Below are positions 29,042 to 39,469 of a stretch of 64,000 nucleotides of DNA, one piece after another. Positions within the stretch are counted from its first letter, which is position 1; each line of letters begins with the position of its first letter. Both the position numbers and the translations under genes were made by a program. This DNA is from Desulfobacterales bacterium (lineage in GTDB: Bacteria; Desulfobacterota; Desulfobacteria; Desulfobacterales; UBA5852): NCBI GenBank assembly GCA_049366795.1, contig JBMNCP010000053.1, forward strand, positions 9,675 through 73,674, read 5' to 3'. Below the pieces are notes generated by a model. It was given only the letters and a program-made list of their open reading frames with translations. It made no database searches and was not told the origin of the DNA.

Positions 29042-30712
29042 TCATAACCCCAATTTCCGTGTCAGCCCGATCCATGCCAGATCGAGATCCATGACGAAGT
29101 AGTGGATTAGCACCGGCACCGCCACGATCACAAGGAGCAGCACGGCGATTCTGAAGTACGTCTTCCGAATGCGGCGCTTCGACTCGTTGGCGGTCATGAT
29201 GACGGGTATGCCCGCGAGAACCGGAAATCCAGTGATCCGCGTCAGATGATCGGGCTTACGGACCGTGTGGTCCGCGTACTCCCTCAGGGCCGCAAAACCG
29301 ACGCCGGCTCCGATTCCCAAAACGAGCCCCAGAAGTACGATGGCGAGGCGGTTCGGTTTGGAAGGTTTTTCCGGCAACCGAGCCGGATCGATCAGGGTGA
29401 ACCGCTCACCCTTCTGCTCCTTCTCGAGACCTTGCGCCACCCGGGCTTCCATCGCCTTCTGGAGCAATTCGTTGTATTTCGCCTGGGTATTGGCGCGATC
29501 CGAAACCAGCAGGTTGAATTCTTCTTCGACCCGAGGGGTCTGGTTGATTCGCCTGCGGTATTCCTCCACTTTTTTCTCCAGATTGGCGATCTGCCGTTCG
29601 ATGGCGTTGATCTCGGCTCGGGTGCCGGACAGTTGGGACGCCAGGGTGACATAGGCCGGATTCTCGGGAACCCGCTTGTCTTCGCTCGATTTGAACGGCG
29701 TCGGATAGGCGGGAAGGTCCAGCTTCGTGCGCAGCCGATCGATCTCCTTCCGGGTCTTGTAGACGTCCGGATAGGCCTCCGAGTACCGGGTGAGCAGGGA
29801 ACCCAGTTCTATCTCGAGTGCTTCGAGCCGCTTCAGGTCTTCATCCTTCTGTTCGATCCAATTCTGGTCCCATTCCCTCGGTGTGATGGCGAGCTGGCTG
29901 GCCAGGTAGCCTTCACGCTCCTTGAGGCTCTGAAGCTGCTCGTTGTAGAGGTCGATGCTTCTCTCGATCCGGTCCAGGGTCTGGACATTGGCGTCCAGGA
30001 GCTCCGGCAGCTCGTTCATGTGCAGGCTCTTGAAATCGGCGATTCCAGCTTCGAGACCGTCCAGCCGCACCCGCAGACGGGAGGCCTCATCTTCCAGGAA
30101 CTGATAGGTTTCAGCGGTCTGGCGCTCCCGCACTCTGAGATTCTCCTCCAGCAGCAGACTCGTCAGCTGGTTGACGACGTTCTGGACGGTTGCCGGCGCC
30201 TCCCTTGCCTCGAAGGACAGGGTGAAGGCGATCGTGGCCTCCTGGGTTTTGCCGGTGCGCCGGTCCATGACGTCGGCGCTGATCGGTTCGAGACTCACCT
30301 CGTCCCGCATCCGCTCGATGATCTCCTCGGTGGTGGCCTTGTCTCTCAGGTGCTGGTAGAGACCGAACCGGTTGATGACCTCCAGCAGGCGCGTCGAACT
30401 CATGATCCGTTGATTGATGACCTGGATGCGCTGTTCGGCGTAGCTGGTGATGGTGGCCGTGACGAATTCCGGCGGGATCTCCTGTTCCTCGATGAGAATC
30501 GTGGCGGTGGATTTGTAGACCGGGGGCAGAAGCAGCGCCACCAGAGTGCACAGGAGGAAAATCAGGGAGGCGGTCAGGATCAGGCTCCACTTCCTTCGAC
30601 GCAAGATGTCCAGGAAATCGGAAGCCGACAGGACTGGCGCCTCCGAGTCACGGGTTTCCCCCGTGTATCGGCCGGCAACAGCGTCTCCGCGTTCTGCAAT
30701 CGGATGGTGCAT
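29042..30712 (-). CDS. Polysaccharide co-polymerase / chain-length determinant (Wzz/GumC type)
   Basis: Two TM helices flanking a coiled coil; LPPVYKSTATILIE, YSEAYPDV, IDPARLPEKPSKPNR. Confidence 0.88.
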   Translation of the reverse strand: MHHPIAERGDAVAGRYTGETRDSEAPVLSASDFLDILRRRKWSLILTASLIFLLCTLVALLLPPVYKSTATILIEEQEIPPEFVTATITSYAEQRIQVINQRIMSSTRLLEVINRFGLYQHLRDKATTEEIIERMRDEVSLEPISADVMDRRTGKTQEATIAFTLSFEAREAPATVQNVVNQLTSLLLEENLRVRERQTAETYQFLEDEASRLRVRLDGLEAGIADFKSLHMNELPELLDANVQTLDRIERSIDLYNEQLQSLKEREGYLASQLAITPREWDQNWIEQKDEDLKRLEALEIELGSLLTRYSEAYPDVYKTRKEIDRLRTKLDLPAYPTPFKSSEDKRVPENPAYVTLASQLSGTRAEINAIERQIANLEKKVEEYRRRINQTPRVEEEFNLLVSDRANTQAKYNELLQKAMEARVAQGLEKEQKGERFTLIDPARLPEKPSKPNRLAIVLLGLVLGIGAGVGFAALREYADHTVRKPDHLTRITGFPVLAGIPVIMTANESKRRIRKTYFRIAVLLLVIVAVPVLIHYFVMDLDLAWIGLTRKLGL

Positions 30713-30736
30713 TTTGGCAATTCTCCCTCTCGTGGA

Positions 30737-32122
30737 TCATTCCCAGAGAACCGGGACATAGCGGAACTCCAGAAAAACCTGGCTTCGTTCCCTGGTGACA
30801 TCCTGTTCCCTGTCATCCTGGTGGGTGTAGCTGTAGGCCGCCTCGAGGAAGAAATCCTCGGTGAAAAAAAACCGCAGCATGGGCCGCACCAGGAAGGTGC
30901 GTTCATCGATTTCAGTGAGCTCGGGGTGATCGGTGGAGGAACGATTGAGGAAATACCGGACGTTCAGTCCCGTCATGAAAGCCCAGTGCCATCTTCGCCG
31001 AATATCGAACTCGGCCTGGGTGCGGTCCACGGTCTGCCCCTGGCCGGCGCCGGCGGCGAGGTCATGGGAAACCGCCAGCTCCCACCGGAAAACGTCCCGC
31101 TCGTCCACCAGGCTGAGCCTGCCGCTGCCGCCCCAGCTGCTGTCGGTTTCGGTTTCGATCGCCGTCAGAATGTTGGGCGGCGGGCCGGGATCTAGCACCG
31201 GCCTGCGGATCTCGAACTCGGAATCCGAGAAACTGGGACCGGCGTCCAGGGAGAGTACGAGCGTTTCCGTCAGATTACGGGTCACTCCCAGGTTGAGAAA
31301 ATAGTAATCCGTGCGGGAGGTTTCATATTCGAAGCGGGCATATCCACCCGTTATCCGCCCGATGGTGGGCTTGGCGAATGCACTGAACTGATGGGCAATG
31401 CCCCCCGATCCGCCCCAGATATCGTAGTCCTCGTCCTCCAGTCCCTGCCGGTAATCGGTCGACTCATGGCTTCCTGAAGCGAATATCTGGGTCTTCTCGG
31501 AGAGCTGATGCAGGAAGCCGCCCCGGTAGCGTTGACGGTCCCTCCGCTCGGTGGCCTGGGAGAGGCCCGTCTCGTCCACGTCACGGTCCGGCCGGTTGTC
31601 GATGTCATAGCTTCCTTCCGCGTCGACGGTAAACCTGGGCGTGAGCCGGTACTTCACACCCGCATCGGCCTTGAAATTGACGTCGTTCAGATCCTCATTG
31701 TCGAAATACCAGAACGGCCTGAACTCGGCTCCCAACTCGGTGGTGAGCCGCTCGGTTTCGCGCTTGAAATCACCGCCAATAATGCCAGTGGTGATGACGT
31801 CGTTTTCTTTGTCCCGCGAGGTGAAGAAGATGTTGTCGTTGTACTCCTCGCGAACCCCCGCTTTCATTCGAAGCGTGGTGCCTGCCGCGGATGACGGCGA
31901 GGGCGGCAGCATCCAGATCACCGATAGAACCACCGCAGCCTGGATCAGGAGCGATTTGACGCCACTGAACCTGGACGCGGAAGATTCCAGCCGAAACGCC
32001 CCCCGGCCGCACTGGACAACCCGTCCGAATCCATTGCACTTCGAGGGGAAAAGGGCTTCGGTGTTTTCATGCCTCGGCCGCGACGGCGACCGCCGATGCA
32101 AGTCCCGATGAATCCCGTCCAT
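30737..32122 (-). CDS. Outer-membrane beta-barrel protein of the EPS/exosortase locus; start uncertain
   Basis: Signal peptide; EEYNDNIF start motif, amphipathic strands, C-terminal VFLEFRY. Confidence 0.75.
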   Translation of the reverse strand: MDGIHRDLHRRSPSRPRHENTEALFPSKCNGFGRVVQCGRGAFRLESSASRFSGVKSLLIQAAVVLSVIWMLPPSPSSAAGTTLRMKAGVREEYNDNIFFTSRDKENDVITTGIIGGDFKRETERLTTELGAEFRPFWYFDNEDLNDVNFKADAGVKYRLTPRFTVDAEGSYDIDNRPDRDVDETGLSQATERRDRQRYRGGFLHQLSEKTQIFASGSHESTDYRQGLEDEDYDIWGGSGGIAHQFSAFAKPTIGRITGGYARFEYETSRTDYYFLNLGVTRNLTETLVLSLDAGPSFSDSEFEIRRPVLDPGPPPNILTAIETETDSSWGGSGRLSLVDERDVFRWELAVSHDLAAGAGQGQTVDRTQAEFDIRRRWHWAFMTGLNVRYFLNRSSTDHPELTEIDERTFLVRPMLRFFFTEDFFLEAAYSYTHQDDREQDVTRERSQVFLEFRYVPVLWE

Positions 32123-32301
32123 CTCTTCTGCCTCCGGCCTCCAACGGCGCACATTGCCCCGCTTGGCATTCAGGTTCCGATTGGCCCAGGCACTGCTTCC
32201 TGCCTCGGACTTTCAGTAGCGATCCGCTTTTCGATGGATACGTTCAATTTCGGCCGATCAAACCGGTGGGCTTCATCGCCCAAGGGCTGCGCTAACGCCC
32301 C

Positions 32302-32883
32302 TCAGGGTATCACGATCACATCCCCCCGATTGAGGCGGATGTTTTTTTCCAATGCCTCCCCTTTCACGATGTCGGAGTATGGAAACTCAAAGATCTCGGT
32401 CTTTCCGTCGGTCTCCCTGATGATCTTGATATCGTCCCTCTTGGCGAATGCATTAGGCCCCCCGGCCATGGCCAGCGCCTGAAGCGCGGTGATATTGCTG
32501 TTCAATACCAACCGCCCCGGCTGATTGGCCCGGCCCACCACATACACCAGCATGCTGTTGACCTGCTGCACGGAAACCGTCAATACGGGATCCGGCACGA
32601 ACGGCTTGATCCGCTCGGCGACCTCGTCCCTCAATTCGGACACGGTGCGGCCGGCGGCCCTGAGTTCCCCGATCAGCGGATAGGAAAGCGTGCCGTCGGG
32701 CAGCACCGGCAAGGTGCGGGTGAGTTCCTCGTCCTTCCAGATGGAGATGCTGAGCACGTCTCCTGGACCGATACGATAAGTATCGGCTGATGATGCATCC
32801 CCCGCCGTGGTCGCCGCGGCAGCGGCGAGGACCATCGCCGTCGCGATCAACGAGATCGAGAAAATAAAAGCGAAGTGGCGCAT
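32302..32883 (-). CDS. wza: Polysaccharide export protein (Poly_export + SLBB)
   Basis: YRIGPGDVL, VLPDGTLSYPLIG, VYVVGRANQPG, ALAMAGG, LNRGDVIVIP. Confidence 0.85.
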   Translation of the reverse strand: MRHFAFIFSISLIATAMVLAAAAATTAGDASSADTYRIGPGDVLSISIWKDEELTRTLPVLPDGTLSYPLIGELRAAGRTVSELRDEVAERIKPFVPDPVLTVSVQQVNSMLVYVVGRANQPGRLVLNSNITALQALAMAGGPNAFAKRDDIKIIRETDGKTEIFEFPYSDIVKGEALEKNIRLNRGDVIVIP

Positions 32884-33053
32884 TCTTGGCTCCTGGTCTT
32901 AAGCAATGTGAAATACGATCTTCCGGCGATCGGGCTTTTCCTCCGGCTTGCGGTTCTTAGCATGTGCACTGGCGGCGTTCAACTTCGCATCGGGCTCAAG
33001 ACCGCACACGGAAGTCAGCGGCAGGCAGCGAATCCCAATGCTTGGCTTGTGCG

Positions 33054-35468
33054 TTACGCGCCTCCACTTACGGCTTCGATTTCCTTGAAAAGCGCTTCCG
33101 CGGCCTCTCTTCCGAAGAAGACATCATCCTTTTCCAAAGCTTTTTCCAAGGCGATCCTCGCCTCCCGGACGCGACCGGAATCACGAAGGACCCTGGCCAG
33201 GTGGTAATTGAGAATCGGCGAATCCGGGGCCTTGGCCGCCGCCTTTTCGATAAAGCCCAAGGCCTGGGCGGCATCGCCCCTGCGATGATGGATCCAACCG
33301 ATCGTGTCGAGGACCATCGGATTCTCGGGCTGGCTGTGAACGGCTTTCCGCGCGAGTCGAAGAGCTTCTTCCAGGTCGGCACCATCGGCTTCGCTCATGA
33401 GAAACGCCAGGTTGTTCAACGCCGGCCAGAAATCTGGGCGGGCTTCGAGGGCGGCCTGATAGGTGGCCATCGCGGACTCGAGGTTTCCTTCGAGCTCGTG
33501 GAGATGACCGAGGGTAAGGAAAGCCGCGGCATTTTTTGGATCGGCTGCGACGGCTTTTTCCAGCCCGTCGACCGCCTTGCCGGTGCGGCCCTGGGCGATG
33601 TAGAGACGTGCCAGGGCATTGTGGGGCTGCTGCCACAAGGGTTCGATCGCGATCGCTTTTTGAAATGCCGACTCGGCCCGGTCGTATTCCTTTCGGAACT
33701 CATGAACGGTTCCCAGAAGATAAAAGGCGCCGGAAACATCCGCATTTCTTCCGGCAAAAGCCTCGGCGGCCTCCAGGGCCCGATCGTCGCGGCCACGGTC
33801 CATTTCGAAGCGCACCAGGCCTGCTGTCATGGCAACGGAGTCGGGATTGCGGCGGATGCCCTCCTCCAGAATCGAAAGGGCAGCCGAGGAGTCGTCCCGT
33901 TGCCGGTGGACGCGGCTCAATCCAAGATAGCCGGCCGGTCGTTGCGGGTGGGCTTTCACGATGGCGCGATAGGCCGCTTCAGCGTCGTCCCAGCGTTCCA
34001 GACCTACGTAAAGCTCGCCGAGATCGGCTTGGGCAGCCGGGTCGCCGGGATGGTGGAGCAGCAGTTCCTTGAGGGTGGACTCCACTTTCGAGTGGTCCTT
34101 CCGTTGAGCATAAAGGCGCGCGAGGGCGATCAGGATCTCCTTTGAACGGGGCAGCGAGGTCTTGGCACCGACCAAGGTGTCGAGGGCCAGGCTGGGCTCC
34201 CGGTTGACCATGTGCGCCCGGCTGAGCTCCAGGTACCCTTCGGGCAATTCGGGTTTTTCAGCCACAACGGTGCGGAATGCCGCGATGGCGTCGACCGGCT
34301 TGCCGCGTGCGAGCAGGAGACGCCCACGCATCAGCAGGGCATCGACATTGTTGGGGGATGCTTCCGTCACCTCGGCGATCAGCCGCTCGGATTCGTCGAT
34401 GTCGAACCGGGTGAGATGGATTCCGGCCAGGACCGTCTTGGCCTTGATCAGCCGGGGGTCCTCCGGTTTCAGATCCATGGCCATGCAGGCTTCGATCGTC
34501 TCGACCGCCTCGTCGATGCGTCCCTCGGACACGTAAAATTGGGCGAGGTCGAGGCGCTTTTCCACGGATTCGGGGTCGGCTGCCACCGCCCGGGAGATCA
34601 CCGCCTCGGCCTCCTCCGGGCGGCCAATGGTTCGGTAGAGCTTGACCGCAGCCTGCATCACCATGGGATCATCCGGAAGGCTCGAAAGCGCCTCGCGCAT
34701 CGTCTCCTCGGCGCCCGCCGCATCTGCCGCCCTGAACTGAAGATCGGCGAGAGCCAGCCGATAGGAGGGGTTGTCGGGTGCGGCCGCCACCAGCCGCTCC
34801 ATCACCGCCATGGCGTCCGGCAGCCGCCCGGCCGAAAGGTACGAGCGGGACAGGGCGATCCCGAGGGCGCCGCTGTCCGGATGGGTGGAGATGCCGGCCT
34901 CCAGCGTCCTTTCCGCCGCATCGGGCTGCCGAAGCTCCTGGTAGGCGTTCGCCAGCAGGTAGTAGACATCCGGGGGCGGACTACCATCCTCGATCATGAT
35001 CGCCAACTTTCGCGCCGCGGTCTCGTAGTCCCCCTCTGCCGAAAGGATCGCAGCCTCGAGAAGCTTTACGGAGATGTTCTCCGCATTCGTCTGCACGAGC
35101 GCTGCATGCTGCTCGCGGGCCTTGTCGAATCTGCGGCCGCCCAAATAGAGCTTTCCCAGTTCCAGGCGCGCCTCGACATGGCCCGGATCGAACTCCACCG
35201 CCTTGGAATAGAACCCGAATGCATCCTGATACTGCTTCTCCCTCATCTCGATCTGACCCAGCCTGTAATAGGCTTCGGCAAACTGCGGATCGATCTGGAT
35301 GGCGTTCTTGAGTTCCAGTTTCGCCCTCACGAGATCGCCGGCATCCATCAGGGCCATGCCTTTCTCGAAGAATTTCTTTTTCTTTTCCTGGGGTCCGTCG
35401 CATGCAGGAAACCAGCAGCACAACACCAGGATCATGACCATCGAAGCGGCTCTATTGGATATCAGCAC
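33054..35468 (-). CDS. TPR-repeat lipoprotein (PrsT-like)
   Basis: Lipobox-like FPAC; many TPR repeats; NNLAF...LDTIGWI end; GTG 35468 after AAAGGAG. Confidence 0.82.
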   Translation of the reverse strand: MLISNRAASMVMILVLCCWFPACDGPQEKKKKFFEKGMALMDAGDLVRAKLELKNAIQIDPQFAEAYYRLGQIEMREKQYQDAFGFYSKAVEFDPGHVEARLELGKLYLGGRRFDKAREQHAALVQTNAENISVKLLEAAILSAEGDYETAARKLAIMIEDGSPPPDVYYLLANAYQELRQPDAAERTLEAGISTHPDSGALGIALSRSYLSAGRLPDAMAVMERLVAAAPDNPSYRLALADLQFRAADAAGAEETMREALSSLPDDPMVMQAAVKLYRTIGRPEEAEAVISRAVAADPESVEKRLDLAQFYVSEGRIDEAVETIEACMAMDLKPEDPRLIKAKTVLAGIHLTRFDIDESERLIAEVTEASPNNVDALLMRGRLLLARGKPVDAIAAFRTVVAEKPELPEGYLELSRAHMVNREPSLALDTLVGAKTSLPRSKEILIALARLYAQRKDHSKVESTLKELLLHHPGDPAAQADLGELYVGLERWDDAEAAYRAIVKAHPQRPAGYLGLSRVHRQRDDSSAALSILEEGIRRNPDSVAMTAGLVRFEMDRGRDDRALEAAEAFAGRNADVSGAFYLLGTVHEFRKEYDRAESAFQKAIAIEPLWQQPHNALARLYIAQGRTGKAVDGLEKAVAADPKNAAAFLTLGHLHELEGNLESAMATYQAALEARPDFWPALNNLAFLMSEADGADLEEALRLARKAVHSQPENPMVLDTIGWIHHRRGDAAQALGFIEKAAAKAPDSPILNYHLARVLRDSGRVREARIALEKALEKDDVFFGREAAEALFKEIEAVSGGA

Positions 35469-35601
35469 GAAAACTCCTTTGCGGTTCGGTGGACGGGATA
35501 CCTGCGAAATCACAACACCGGAAAGCGCTGCGCCACCGTTGCTCTGAACCAGCGCCGGCCGGATTCCCATGAACGTGTTCGCCTCGGTTTCTGCCGGCAG
35601 G

Positions 35602-37008
35602 TCAGGCCGCGCCCTTCCTTGCCAACACCACCCAGACCGTTTTGAGCAAAATCTTGATATCGTCGGAAAACCGCCAACTGTCGAGATACCGGCAATCCAG
35701 CGCCACGACCTCCTCGAAACGCTTGATTCGGCTCCTCCCCGATACCTGCCAGAGCCCGGTGATTCCAGGCTTTGCCGATATTCTTTTGAGATGGCGCGGA
35801 TCGTATTGCCGCACCTCGTCCAAGGTGGGCGGCCGCGTGCCGACCAGGCTCATCTCCCCTTTGAGCACATTCAAGAACTGGGGGAACTCATCCAGGGACG
35901 TGCTCCGCAAAAAACGGCCGACCCGGGTGATCCGGGGATCGTTGTCCATTTTGAACATCGCCCCCTCGACCTCGTTGGCCGCGACGAGGTCCGCCTTGCG
36001 CGCCTCGGCATCCTGGTACATGGACCTGAACTTGTACAATTCGAAGACCCGGCCGTGGCGGCCCATGCGCTTCTGCCTGAAAATCACGGGGCCCGGGGAA
36101 TCCAGTTTGATGGCCAGGGCGAGGGCCGGATACAACAACCCGACGATCAGACTGCCGACCGCCCCGCCGATGATATCCAGGGTGCGCTTGTAAAGCAGTC
36201 CCGTCGCGTTGAAATTGTCCACCTGGAGGGTCAGAAACGGGACCTTCTGGCAGCTTTCGACCGACAGCGAGGGATCTCCGGGCTCCCACATGGCCGGAAG
36301 GATTCGCACGGGAATTCCCATTTTTCGGCTGAAATCCAGATATGGCTTCAAGGAGATGCCATGGTTGCCGCTGGAGATGGCGAACACCACCTCGTCAATC
36401 GGCCGGCTTCGCAGGATGCCGGCAAAATCCTCGATTTTCCCCAGCACGTCCCCGGTACCTGTCTTTTCACCGGTGACGGTCAGGCGTCCGATGATCTTGT
36501 GGCCCATGCTGAGCTGCCGGTCGAGGAGCTCCGCCACCATCCTGCCTCGACCGCCATCGCCGACCACCAGTATGTTCCGCAGGTTGAATGCCCTTTTTCC
36601 GGCATGGTTGAGATACAGTTGGAAACCCGCCCGGAACAGAAACAGGCTGACAAAGCTCAGCGCCATGAACGCCAGCAGAAAGAAACGGGAGAAATTCTCG
36701 AATCCGAGGATGAAAACGCCGGCGGCCAGCAGCGCGAAGTCCACCACCACGGTCTTGAGGACCCGCCAGGCAAGCTCGGGGTAGGATCCGGGCCGGCGCT
36801 CGCCGTACAGACCCATCTTCCCCATGACATAATTGTTGAAAACCATAACCGTCAGGACGGAGAGGTTGAAGGCGGTGGGGTTCAGATGCCACATGCCGTC
36901 GTAATAGGTATACTTGAGGTAGAACGCACCGTAGCCCGCACCGATCAGGCACAAGGCATCGAGGATCATCAGAACGGTGTTGAGAATGTAAACCTGTTGT
37001 TGCAGCAT
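35602..37008 (-). CDS. Polyprenyl-phosphate sugar phosphotransferase (priming GT, WcaJ-like)
   Basis: KRTLDI, DSPGPVIFRQ, YKFRSM, DPRITRVG, SLDEFPQ, GEMSLVGTRP, KPGITGLWQV. Confidence 0.92.
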   Translation of the reverse strand: MLQQQVYILNTVLMILDALCLIGAGYGAFYLKYTYYDGMWHLNPTAFNLSVLTVMVFNNYVMGKMGLYGERRPGSYPELAWRVLKTVVVDFALLAAGVFILGFENFSRFFLLAFMALSFVSLFLFRAGFQLYLNHAGKRAFNLRNILVVGDGGRGRMVAELLDRQLSMGHKIIGRLTVTGEKTGTGDVLGKIEDFAGILRSRPIDEVVFAISSGNHGISLKPYLDFSRKMGIPVRILPAMWEPGDPSLSVESCQKVPFLTLQVDNFNATGLLYKRTLDIIGGAVGSLIVGLLYPALALAIKLDSPGPVIFRQKRMGRHGRVFELYKFRSMYQDAEARKADLVAANEVEGAMFKMDNDPRITRVGRFLRSTSLDEFPQFLNVLKGEMSLVGTRPPTLDEVRQYDPRHLKRISAKPGITGLWQVSGRSRIKRFEEVVALDCRYLDSWRFSDDIKILLKTVWVVLARKGAA

Positions 37009-37089
37009 GCTCCTACCCGACCCTTCGAAAGGAAGACACGAATTCAGCCGGCATATTGTAGCGTATATTGACCCGCTTTGGGAATTCCT

Positions 37090-38628
37090 TTACGCAGGTA
37101 CATATTCAGGCAGCAGCACCCACAGCCTTTGGAGAAATCCGGAAAGCACCTGGAACGCCTCTTCTTCATCCTGCCCCGGAGCCATCACCAGCTCCGCCCT
37201 TACCAGAGCGCCGTCCGTCCGGCCGCGCTGAACGGCATCCACCATGAGGTAATACTTGTTCAGCCATGGACTCACGATGACCCTTCCCCTCATGAAGAAG
37301 AAATAGGAAGCGAGAATCCTCGTGTTCCCCTGTCTCATGAGGAGCGTGCGGACCGTCAGTTCTCCGTCGCCATCGAGCGGTACGATCCGGTCCTGTGTTC
37401 TGATGAGGTCGAACCCCCCGCCCAGCAGACATGACTGGGGCGCGTGCGCCGTATTCCGAGTGCCCTGAAAGCTGTAGTAGGGGATCAGCAGATTGATGGT
37501 GTTGGCCGTTTCCGGGGATCGATAGACGGCACTGACATAGTCGTCGGACCAGAGCTCCCCCAGGACGTCTTGGGACAGATAGAGCTGCTGCCCTCGCCAC
37601 CTGCCGATCTCCATGGGGAAGGCTTCAAATGACGATCGGTCCGGGATTCCGGCGGCCGATGGGCGGCTCTGAACAGCCCAGCCGCCGACAACGAAGATCA
37701 CGGTAGCCATAAAGGTCAGTACGACCGCTCGGTGAAGGCCCATCGAGGCATCGGAGGCTGCGTCGGCCGGCAATTCCGGGTGAGATGCTCTGCCGACCTT
37801 GTTCAGCAAGGAGGCGATTGCGAAAAGCGTGGCCCCCGCGATCATGAAAATGAACCAGCCGGCAAGATCGTGAAAGAAGTTCTGGGCGAGTTCCTGATAG
37901 CCGTGAACGGTCAGCCATCCGCTGACGAAGATTCTCAAGCCATTGATGAGGACGGTCAGGGGAGCGACGACGATCAGAAGCGCCAGACGTCTCCAAAGCC
38001 CCCTGCCGTGGAAATAGCCGATCAAAAGGGCCAGGGGGATCATGGGTACGAAATAGCGCAATCCGCTGCATGCATCCACCACCTGCAGCTTGTCGATTCC
38101 CAGGTCGATGATGTTGCCGCTCTGAAGGACACTGATATCGAACAGCCGCATGATTTTCACGGCCAGGGTGGTGGCGGCCATTTTCAGTCTGAAGGTGAGC
38201 ATGCGGTTGATAAACGCCGGAAGCGGCACCATGAACACGAGAACCAGGAGGGGGAATGCCAGGTGCCGTGAGCGCCGCCCATAGAGCAGCACCGTCAGTC
38301 CGACGATGGCAAGCCACAACCCTCCGTAGACGATGGTCTCGACGGCACCCAGCTCACCCAGTACCATCAGCCCCACAGCTGCCGTCAGGACGAGAAGTCC
38401 CCATGCGCTCCAGGTGAACTCTCCGAAGCGAAACCCCTTTTGGCCGTCGAACCTCCGATCCCAGCACAGGTAGGCGACCAGCGGGGGGATCAGAAAGCAA
38501 TAGTTGTTGTCTCCGGTGTTCCACTGCTGAACCAGTTTTTGTATCGGCGGGAGAAAAGAGGCGGCCAAGACTGCGATCAACAGCATCGGGAACGCAACGG
38601 CAGTGCTGGAGCGGTATTCTTTTTTCAT
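37090..38628 (-). CDS. Exosortase with fused C-terminal EpsI domain
   Basis: Catalytic C-R-H motifs VDACSGLR, NGLRI, FHDLAG; EpsI-like FPMEIGRW, HAPQSCLLGGG, RTDGALVR. Confidence 0.9.
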   Translation of the reverse strand: MKKEYRSSTAVAFPMLLIAVLAASFLPPIQKLVQQWNTGDNNYCFLIPPLVAYLCWDRRFDGQKGFRFGEFTWSAWGLLVLTAAVGLMVLGELGAVETIVYGGLWLAIVGLTVLLYGRRSRHLAFPLLVLVFMVPLPAFINRMLTFRLKMAATTLAVKIMRLFDISVLQSGNIIDLGIDKLQVVDACSGLRYFVPMIPLALLIGYFHGRGLWRRLALLIVVAPLTVLINGLRIFVSGWLTVHGYQELAQNFFHDLAGWFIFMIAGATLFAIASLLNKVGRASHPELPADAASDASMGLHRAVVLTFMATVIFVVGGWAVQSRPSAAGIPDRSSFEAFPMEIGRWRGQQLYLSQDVLGELWSDDYVSAVYRSPETANTINLLIPYYSFQGTRNTAHAPQSCLLGGGFDLIRTQDRIVPLDGDGELTVRTLLMRQGNTRILASYFFFMRGRVIVSPWLNKYYLMVDAVQRGRTDGALVRAELVMAPGQDEEEAFQVLSGFLQRLWVLLPEYVPA

Positions 38629-39469
38629 TGGCGGCGAATAATCCAGTTTCAGGTGATCGAGTCGACGTAAATCGGCGGACCGGAGCCGGCAGGTGCAACG
38701 TATCACCGGGCATTGCACCCCGTGTCAACGTGCCCCGCAAGGCGTGAAGCATAAAAATGGTGTTCGTAACCAGGTAGCGGCGCAAAAGCCGCCCGGGTTC
38801 CATCATCAGCCGGTGGAGCCACTCCAGCCCCAGCCGCTGCATCGTTCGCGGCGCGCGGCGGGTAGTCCCCGCCCAGAAGTCGAAAGCGGCGCCGACGCCG
38901 AGCATCACGGCATTGACGCGGCCCCGGTGGGCCGCCATCCACAACTCCTGCTTGGGACAGCCCAGGCCGACGAAGACGATGCCGGCGCCCGAAGCGTTCA
39001 GCATGTCAGTTACACCGGCATCCTCCTCCTCTGTCAAGGGACGGAAGGGCGGCGACCACGCGCCCGCGATTCGAAGATGCGGGAATCTGCCTCGAAGGCG
39101 CGCCACCAGGCGGTCGAGCGTATGCCGGGTGCTGCCGTAGAAGAAGACCGAAGGCCCATCGGCATCCAGCTTGGACAGCAGACCGTCCATGAGATCCGGC
39201 CCGCCGACCCTCCTGGCGTCGGAAAGTCCTTTTCGGCGCAACGTCCAGGCCAATGGCATGCCGTCCGGAAGAGACATGTCACCGCCGTTTACCGCGGATC
39301 GAAGCGCGGGATCCTGGTTCGCGGTGACGACGACGTGAACGTTGCAGAACGATACGTACCGGGATTTCCGGCTGGTGGCCCAGGCCAGTATCCGATCGAT
39401 GCACTCCTCAGGACCGATGGTATCGATGAAGGACCCGAGAATCCGAAGCCCGCTTCTAATCAGTCTCAT
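38354..39469 (-). CDS. WecB/TagA/CpsF family glycosyltransferase with anomalously long C-terminus
   Basis: NVH, PDGMP, GPDLM, FFYGS, SPPF, VGLGCPKQE, GVGAAFD, GLEWLHRL..EP.RL.RRY. Confidence 0.88.
   Translation of the reverse strand: MRLIRSGLRILGSFIDTIGPEECIDRILAWATSRKSRYVSFCNVHVVVTANQDPALRSAVNGGDMSLPDGMPLAWTLRRKGLSDARRVGGPDLMDGLLSKLDADGPSVFFYGSTRHTLDRLVARLRGRFPHLRIAGAWSPPFRPLTEEEDAGVTDMLNASGAGIVFVGLGCPKQELWMAAHRGRVNAVMLGVGAAFDFWAGTTRRAPRTMQRLGLEWLHRLMMEPGRLLRRYLVTNTIFMLHALRGTLTRGAMPGDTLHLPAPVRRFTSTRSPETGLFAANEKRIPLQHCRCVPDAVDRSLGRLFSPADTKTGSAVEHRRQQLLLSDPPAGRLPVLGSEVRRPKGVSLRRVHLERMGTSRPDGSCGADGTG

Noticed and set aside
32884-33053. c-di-GMP riboswitch upstream of wza
   Set aside because: No GEMM-type conserved motifs seen on either strand.
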